A stretch of 64,000 nt of DNA from a virus (Duplodnaviria; Caudoviricetes): the IMG/VR virus record IMGVR_UViG_3300011008_002712, one strand, 5' to 3'. The position numbers and the translations under genes were made by a program. The notes under the pieces are model-generated. The model did not search any database. It was not told where the DNA came from and was given only the letters and a program-made list of their open reading frames with translations. Below, one piece after another: positions 58,305 to 64,000 of the stretch (its first letter is position 1; each line of letters opens with the position of its first letter).

Positions 58305-58985
58305 TTAGTTAGTGCCTGTAATTTTTTCACCATATACGTCACTATAAGACACAGTAGCCGTTTCGGTAATTGTTATAGTATTACTTGTTATTGTTTTACT
58401 ATACTGCTGAATCCAGCAATCTACGTACGTATCAACATGATATGAATCATTTTGATCATCTGGAAGTCTAATTTTTGTTTTGAATTCCAAAGGAACTCTT
58501 TGATCTTTCAAAGTCTTAAATGGATTTCCGTATGTACGATATGTTGGATCTTTCATAGCATTGGCTGTATCATATACATAATCAGAATCTCCAGCAGGAA
58601 TAAACTGACCAGTTTTTGTTAGACCAATAGCATTAGCAAGCATTGAGTTAAATAGTGCAAATCTACGTAATGATATAGTACCACCATTGGTATTGCCCGG
58701 TACCATTTGCACAACGCCTTCTGTTCCAAGTTCTTGAACTGGAGTTATTGTACGTTGTTCTGATGGAGAAAACTCTTGTACCATGCCAACACGCATATTG
58801 TTAGCAAATACTTCAATGTTTGTGCTAGTAATAGGCAAAGTAGCAGAGTTATCAGCAACTTCAGGCATACCAGTAGCACGTTGAGTATTCAGCATTTTGT
58901 TTACTGAAGACGGAAACGCTGCTTTAGTACCAGCAATTACATTTTTTGAATTATCAGCTGCAGTTGCTGCACCACTAACTGGCAT
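58305..58985 (-). CDS. Tail tube protein 1
   Basis: VGMVQEF..EQRTI..VQELG.EGVVQMVP...GGTISLRRFAL, DTYVDCW; immediately after the sheath. Confidence 0.82.
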   Translation of the reverse strand: MPVSGAATAADNSKNVIAGTKAAFPSSVNKMLNTQRATGMPEVADNSATLPITSTNIEVFANNMRVGMVQEFSPSEQRTITPVQELGTEGVVQMVPGNTNGGTISLRRFALFNSMLANAIGLTKTGQFIPAGDSDYVYDTANAMKDPTYRTYGNPFKTLKDQRVPLEFKTKIRLPDDQNDSYHVDTYVDCWIQQYSKTITSNTITITETATVSYSDVYGEKITGTN

Positions 58986-59011
58986 ATTTACTCACCTCAC
59001 TTAAAAAGGTT

Positions 59012-59039
59012 TGTATCAGGGACATTTGTCCCTGATACA
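59012..59039. promoter_or_regulatory. Strong hairpin between sheath and tube genes
   Basis: tgtatcagggaca-tt-tgtccctgataca, 13-bp arms. Confidence 0.6.
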
Positions 59040-59061
59040 TTATTGAAGTTGTTATTTATAA

Positions 59062-61215
59062 TCAGGTAGCAGCAAATCCAAATGTAATAGTTACATAATT
59101 CAATGGATAAACTGCTTCAATCTCAAAGTTTACAAGTACTTCACGAGGATCATCTGGAGAATCTTTAACAGAAAGTCCACTGTAACCAAGAAGAATTTCT
59201 TGAGAAACAAATTGAGACAAAATTGAATTAATTGTATATTGAATATCTGCTTTTCTACCGGGCAGATTCTTAATACCGATATAAAGAGCATCGCAAGATC
59301 TACGGCATTGATCAATGACATAGTCTTTTATTTGGATAAGAGTAATTTCTGTGGTATTGACTTCATCATCTTTTGTAGTAATACCATGACGGCAACGAAT
59401 ACCGGCAGTTTTTTGTTCTACTACGCAGCAACCAGATTCTGCTAATGCATTTTTCTCAGTTTCAGTATAAACATCTAACAATTCGTTAAATCCGCAGTTA
59501 ATATACTTACGAGTAAGTGGTTCTGCAACGTCTTGTGTTAATGCAATAGTAGCTACGCCAAGAGCAAGATAGCAACCTGGAAGCGTTCTTGTATTGATTC
59601 GTCCAGTCTGAAGGTTTTTAACATCATAAGTTACTCGTCCTGGAACAACATAAACAACGCGCTCATTGTCATAACCTTCAGCTTGTTGTTTCATACCAAC
59701 TGTCTTATCAGCAGCTGTTGCAAATTTATTAATCGGCTGTCCAGGATATGCACCAAGATACGTCATACGTTCATGTGCACCTTCTTCAGAAGACATATGC
59801 TCAACGTGAGTCATCATATAAGAGCCAACTGAAGTTGAAGTTGTAAGAGGAACAACAATATTTACGTTATTAGCACCAGCAACATCAGCTGTAAGTTTAT
59901 CAATAGCTTTCTTCATTTCATAGTCTGAATCATTTTTTGATTGTACACAGACTAATGGATTTACGCCAGCTCTAAATGCAAGTTCGGCACCAAGAGTCAG
60001 TGAATTAATAACTACCATAGATGCTGTAACATCATAGTTACCATATTCTTGAATGACTGAATCATAATCATAGAAGAGTTGTGGATTGTAATCTTCATCA
60101 GATTTCTTATATTTATAAGAAACATAATAAACATCATCTTCGGCAATAGATTCTCCGCGTTCTGGAGCTGTTACATGAATACCAACAGTATCTCCAACAT
60201 TGACAGAAGAATCTATTTCATTGATAATAAATGTAATGCCTGGAATGATATTAAGATATTCAGCCACAGTGCCAACTTCACCTGAATAAATTGGATTAAG
60301 AGAAGTATCAAATCCATCTGTTACATTATTTATTTCAATCATTTGAGGAGATGAAGAAGTAAATACTAATTCATAATCTCCGTTTGTAATTGATTCAGAA
60401 TCTACAATCATGAAATATTCGTAATCAGCTGATGAAGAAGCTGTTGAAGCATTCAATGGCATAAATGAATCTGCTAATGCTTGGTTATATCCAGTTACGG
60501 TATCATCAAATTGAACAGACGCTTCAATTTCTGTTTTTGGTGCTTTTGTAGTAATAATTACAGCGTCGCCTACTTTTGTAATTGATTCGCCAGAAGAATC
60601 TGGTACAAAAACATCTTCAACTTTAATCTTAAGTCCAGGAACCGCTTCATCATTCCAATCTGGAGAAACACCCCATTCACCAAGAATCTGTTTTGATGAA
60701 TTATCAATTACTCGATAACATCCTACATTGACATGCCCAGTCTCAGAATGATCCCAAGCATCTTCAATATAAGATATTTCTAATGTATAAGAACCATCTA
60801 CTACTTTATATTCGTCATTGTCATTGACAATAGCTGTTACTTGGTTTTTAAGTTGAATAGCAGCTTCTGTTGGCGTAGCGGCTGTAACACTATATTCGGC
60901 GGGAGCAATGGTATTCCAAGCAATCTTGTTACCATCTTTCAGCTCATACGCTACACCCTCTTCGAATACTGTTGTGCCTCTAACTATAGAACCGTTAGAA
61001 AGAGCGCGGTCAGTCAATGAAATAATTTCAAACACGTTATCTTGAGCAAGTTTATCATAGCTTTGTGTATGTGATTTCTTAATAGCTTCATTATAAACTT
61101 CAAAATAATTGGCACCAGTGCCAACTATACCCAATACACGAGTTGCACCAACATTGTTGACCGGAGAAGCCGTTCTAACAAATCGCGCATACGCGCCAGG
61201 TACACGATAAGGCAT
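59062..61215 (-). CDS. Contractile tail sheath protein
   Basis: N-terminal YRVPGAY; C-terminal AEPLTRK, LAESGCCVV, RHGITT, DPREVLVNFEIEAVYPLNYVTITF. Confidence 0.92.
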   Translation of the reverse strand: MPYRVPGAYARFVRTASPVNNVGATRVLGIVGTGANYFEVYNEAIKKSHTQSYDKLAQDNVFEIISLTDRALSNGSIVRGTTVFEEGVAYELKDGNKIAWNTIAPAEYSVTAATPTEAAIQLKNQVTAIVNDNDEYKVVDGSYTLEISYIEDAWDHSETGHVNVGCYRVIDNSSKQILGEWGVSPDWNDEAVPGLKIKVEDVFVPDSSGESITKVGDAVIITTKAPKTEIEASVQFDDTVTGYNQALADSFMPLNASTASSSADYEYFMIVDSESITNGDYELVFTSSSPQMIEINNVTDGFDTSLNPIYSGEVGTVAEYLNIIPGITFIINEIDSSVNVGDTVGIHVTAPERGESIAEDDVYYVSYKYKKSDEDYNPQLFYDYDSVIQEYGNYDVTASMVVINSLTLGAELAFRAGVNPLVCVQSKNDSDYEMKKAIDKLTADVAGANNVNIVVPLTTSTSVGSYMMTHVEHMSSEEGAHERMTYLGAYPGQPINKFATAADKTVGMKQQAEGYDNERVVYVVPGRVTYDVKNLQTGRINTRTLPGCYLALGVATIALTQDVAEPLTRKYINCGFNELLDVYTETEKNALAESGCCVVEQKTAGIRCRHGITTKDDEVNTTEITLIQIKDYVIDQCRRSCDALYIGIKNLPGRKADIQYTINSILSQFVSQEILLGYSGLSVKDSPDDPREVLVNFEIEAVYPLNYVTITFGFAAT

Positions 61216-61246
61216 TTAAATTACCTCCCTTCGAATTTCTATATAA

Positions 61247-61915
61247 TCATGAGTCCTCGTTGTTAAACTCATGCCTATAATCTTTTGTTTGTTGACTATT
61301 ATAAGAACTCGTATCTGAATTCGAATCATTTTTCATGGACATATTAGCTTTAAGAGTAAACTCGTTAGGATCGAGAAGTTCAACATCTTCTATCCAAGAA
61401 GACCACGTGTCAATTCGTATAGAAGCTATATATACTTTGTCTGAATTATAGTCAATACTAGATTCTCCTGCATATGATACATTTTTTATTATAATTCCTT
61501 GATTTTGAATAAATCTTCTTAAAGAAAATCTAATTGCTTTAGCTATCAAATCAGCAAATACTTCTCGTTCTAATGTATTTTTACATCCTACATCTATTTG
61601 TACTCCAAATTCATAAAAGCCCTGATAACGCCATGCTATAATCTGTCCAGTACGAGGATCTTTTATTTCTTGACAAAAATCCGATAACCCAGCAGTCACC
61701 ATTGTACCAGAAAATGTAGTTACTATCACTGTGGGAAATTTTCTAAGTTCTTCTGGTTCTGTATCATAAAATACAGCTTCTGCAAATAAATTTTCAGAAA
61801 TTTGTTTTGGCAATTTGTGACGATAGTTTTTCGGATTTCTAAAATATAATCGAAGAAAAGCGATTATGACATCTTTAATATGTCGTTCGGCATGTTCGAT
61901 TATCACAATCATCAT
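61247..61915 (-). CDS. Tail completion/terminator (neck) protein
   Basis: Position before the sheath; RKFPTVIV, LEREVFADLI pattern. Confidence 0.6.
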   Translation of the reverse strand: MMIVIIEHAERHIKDVIIAFLRLYFRNPKNYRHKLPKQISENLFAEAVFYDTEPEELRKFPTVIVTTFSGTMVTAGLSDFCQEIKDPRTGQIIAWRYQGFYEFGVQIDVGCKNTLEREVFADLIAKAIRFSLRRFIQNQGIIIKNVSYAGESSIDYNSDKVYIASIRIDTWSSWIEDVELLDPNEFTLKANMSMKNDSNSDTSSYNSQQTKDYRHEFNNEDS

Positions 61916-61963
61916 CTCCTGAAAAAAAAATAAAATTACAATTGCTTAGTTATTTGTCGTCAA

Positions 61964-62818
61964 TCAGTTTCTTGGGTACAGTGTTGTTCGCTTTAAATTA
62001 TATATAACGTCTTCTGGATCATATGCTTTAAGTCTTAATTCCTGATGAAACAAGAACCCTCCAGCATGATTGATATGCCTTGCTAGAACTTGGTAGAAGA
62101 CGCCATCTGGAGAAATGAGTATATCTCTATTCATAAGTAATGTATCAGAAATCGTCCAAGCGCCAGGAGTATTTTCATTAACAAACATTTGATTAGATAT
62201 ACCAAGATTTTGTTCAACAGGTTTTAATCTAACATATAATTGATATGCAGGATCATATCCTCCTACAAATCCAGTACCATAGCAGACTGGACAAGAATTT
62301 AATCCAGAACGTCCTCTAATCTCATCATAACATCTTTCGCATTTTTCTCCAGTATATTTCCTTGTATATAAATCAAAAAGCATTCCAGTATTTTGAAGAA
62401 TCCAATAATTTCGTTCATTTACTTTAAAAAACCATTTATCTGTATTTCTTATTCTAAATGTAGATGGTCTTGATAATTGCCCTTCTATAAAATTACCTTC
62501 TTCATCTTCATATACTGACGACACTTTATACCAATTCATTATGTTTGGATTGACATTTATATCGTGATCTTCATATCTATTTGTTTTCAATGGCAATGAG
62601 TTTAATTTATAAAATAACCCATTTTGAGATAATCCCTTATAAATGTTATAATTAATAGATTTTATTTTCTTGTTCTCTAAATGTTTGTCTGGATTTCTTA
62701 TCTCATCCCAAGTAACAATTAAATGACGATAATCTCTAGCATACGCAATAACTAAATGTTCTGGTGGAAGAAGCTGTCGTTGAATAACTATGTTCATTAC
62801 ACTGCCTCCTATATACAA
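61964..62818 (-). CDS. Head-tail connector/neck protein with FN3-like N-terminus and zinc motif
   Basis: VTW..YNIYK..YKVSSV FN3-like; GEKCERC...CPVCYGTGFVGGY. Confidence 0.6.
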   Translation of the reverse strand: MYIGGSVMNIVIQRQLLPPEHLVIAYARDYRHLIVTWDEIRNPDKHLENKKIKSINYNIYKGLSQNGLFYKLNSLPLKTNRYEDHDINVNPNIMNWYKVSSVYEDEEGNFIEGQLSRPSTFRIRNTDKWFFKVNERNYWILQNTGMLFDLYTRKYTGEKCERCYDEIRGRSGLNSCPVCYGTGFVGGYDPAYQLYVRLKPVEQNLGISNQMFVNENTPGAWTISDTLLMNRDILISPDGVFYQVLARHINHAGGFLFHQELRLKAYDPEDVIYNLKRTTLYPRN

Positions 62819-63609
62819 ATCATTGAATCTTTAGAAAATAAATTTGAATTCATTAGTTGTTTTGCAAACCCAGACGATTTTGTCAAATTTATTACTGTAC
62901 GTTTTGCATGCGTAGAATCAGAACGAATTAAAACACAATACTTACCTGGTTTTAATGAAAAACGGTATCTTCCATTTTCATCTGTTTTTTCAAATGCATA
63001 TATATATGTATTATCGAATACTATAATTTCTGCATTATTAACTGGGCGTTTTGAATTATCAACTAAATTATTTTGTACATATATATAATCAGAATTTGTA
63101 AATGTTATTGTATCATCAACATGTTCTTTTATTGCAGCTTTAGTAGTAAGATAAAAATTATATTTTAATCCATCTTTTACAACTTGATCTTTATTAACAA
63201 ATAATTGATTATTTACATTTATTTCAATATCATAGACACCTGGCTGAACATACATTTTATACATTCCAGCTGAATCAGTGTAGCAAACATCTGAAATAAT
63301 TTTAGAAGAAATTCCTTGAAATTTTTTAATAAATGTTACTTTTGCATTTTTATAAATTTGGTTTCCATTTTTTATATATCCAACAACTGGTCTTAAAGCA
63401 TAACGTTTTAGATCTATATATGATACATTTTCAAATAATTGATTTCCTAAGTGCAATGTATTAACTTCTGGCGTTGCTTGTATTTTAAACATCCCATATA
63501 TTGTGTTTCTATCTGATTTAAATCCAAGCGGTTCAAAAAAACAATTAAATGTAATAGATCTTTTTTCAATATTTGAAGAAGTAAGAGATTCTATGGCCAT
63601 ACTCATCAC
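62809..63609 (-). CDS. Virion protein with two carboxypeptidase-regulatory/Ig-like domains
   Basis: YTDSAGMY..VQPGVYDI and PVNNAEI..KTDENGRYRFSLKPGKY. Confidence 0.6.
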   Translation of the reverse strand: MMSMAIESLTSSNIEKRSITFNCFFEPLGFKSDRNTIYGMFKIQATPEVNTLHLGNQLFENVSYIDLKRYALRPVVGYIKNGNQIYKNAKVTFIKKFQGISSKIISDVCYTDSAGMYKMYVQPGVYDIEINVNNQLFVNKDQVVKDGLKYNFYLTTKAAIKEHVDDTITFTNSDYIYVQNNLVDNSKRPVNNAEIIVFDNTYIYAFEKTDENGRYRFSLKPGKYCVLIRSDSTHAKRTVINLTKSSGFAKQLMNSNLFSKDSMICI

Positions 63610-63995
63610 TTCCTAAATTGATATGTAAATCTCAATTGAAAATTATATTGAAGTTTACATATGTTCGAACCTTTTTTTAATTTGATTTTTGTCTGTATAA
63701 TTGCATGGTCTCCGGTTCCAAGAATTGTTCCAAAGTCTGGAGAACACATTCCCTGTATTGTAGAAAATTCAGGATGTTGGCAATCTAATGCTTCCCATTC
63801 TGCTTCTGGATTATATGTTATACATCTAACATAAAGAAATGGACATAAGTTTCTACATTCTCCAGGAATCTCTACATATAATTTACAATTTTCAGCATCC
63901 ATGCATGTTACTTCTGGTCCTCCGCCATTCCATGCATATGTTTCGTTGTTATGTATATCATATTCAACTATATATTCGCTTTCTCCGCCATTCAT
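63606..63995 (-). CDS. Hypothetical virion protein (start may lie beyond the window edge)
   Basis: ORF overlapping the next gene by ATGA. Confidence 0.5.
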   Translation of the reverse strand: MNGGESEYIVEYDIHNNETYAWNGGGPEVTCMDAENCKLYVEIPGECRNLCPFLYVRCITYNPEAEWEALDCQHPEFSTIQGMCSPDFGTILGTGDHAIIQTKIKLKKGSNICKLQYNFQLRFTYQFRK

Positions 63996-64000
63996 ACCAT

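Noticed and set aside
14789-62818. Extracellular contractile injection system or tailocin rather than a phage
   Set aside because: Neck-like genes, helicase with intein, free-standing endonucleases and uniform phage-like organisation favour a large phage, although no capsid gene lies in this window
468-63088. The many plus-strand ORFs and short nested minus-strand ORFs in the track (e.g. 35492..36316, 29526..29975)
   Set aside because: They are antisense or alternative-frame shadows of long, well-supported minus-strand genes, with no recognisable motifs
1-64000. Stop-codon reassignment, tRNA genes, CRISPR arrays, or an invertase/DGR shuffling the tail genes
   Set aside because: Genes are long and tightly packed in the standard code with TAA, TAG and TGA all used as stops; no tRNA, repeat-spacer array, reverse transcriptase or inverted cassette was seen

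Overview
AT-rich 64-kb segment of a large (jumbo-type) myovirus genome, probably infecting a Firmicutes/Bacillota host (GGAGG(TG) RBSs, sigmaA-like promoter, Firmicutes-like fhs). Essentially every real gene is on the minus strand. In transcription order (right to left): neck/tail-completion genes, tail sheath, TWO tail-tube paralogs, an endonuclease-TnpB-endonuclease insertion, a long tail chaperone, THREE tandem ~2,200-aa paralogous tape-measure-like proteins with different peptidoglycan-hydrolase cassettes (M15-like; SLT+C39-like; C39-like+SLT) and a short second chaperone between them, a full baseplate block (tube initiator, LysM hub, spike, gp25, gpJ, GH-fold wedge protein, collar and fibre-like proteins), an IS607 element (tnpA+tnpB), a frameshifted HD/DUF5662-like gene, a formate-tetrahydrofolate ligase, PC4 and MerR-type DNA-binding proteins, and an intein-containing UvsW-like helicase. 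Four related free-standing Vsr/DUF559-like endonuclease genes are scattered through the window. The best candidate for an undescribed system is the triplicated tape-measure locus with shuffled cell-wall hydrolase modules, duplicated chaperones and duplicated tubes. All family assignments come from motif recognition by eye; no database searches were run.
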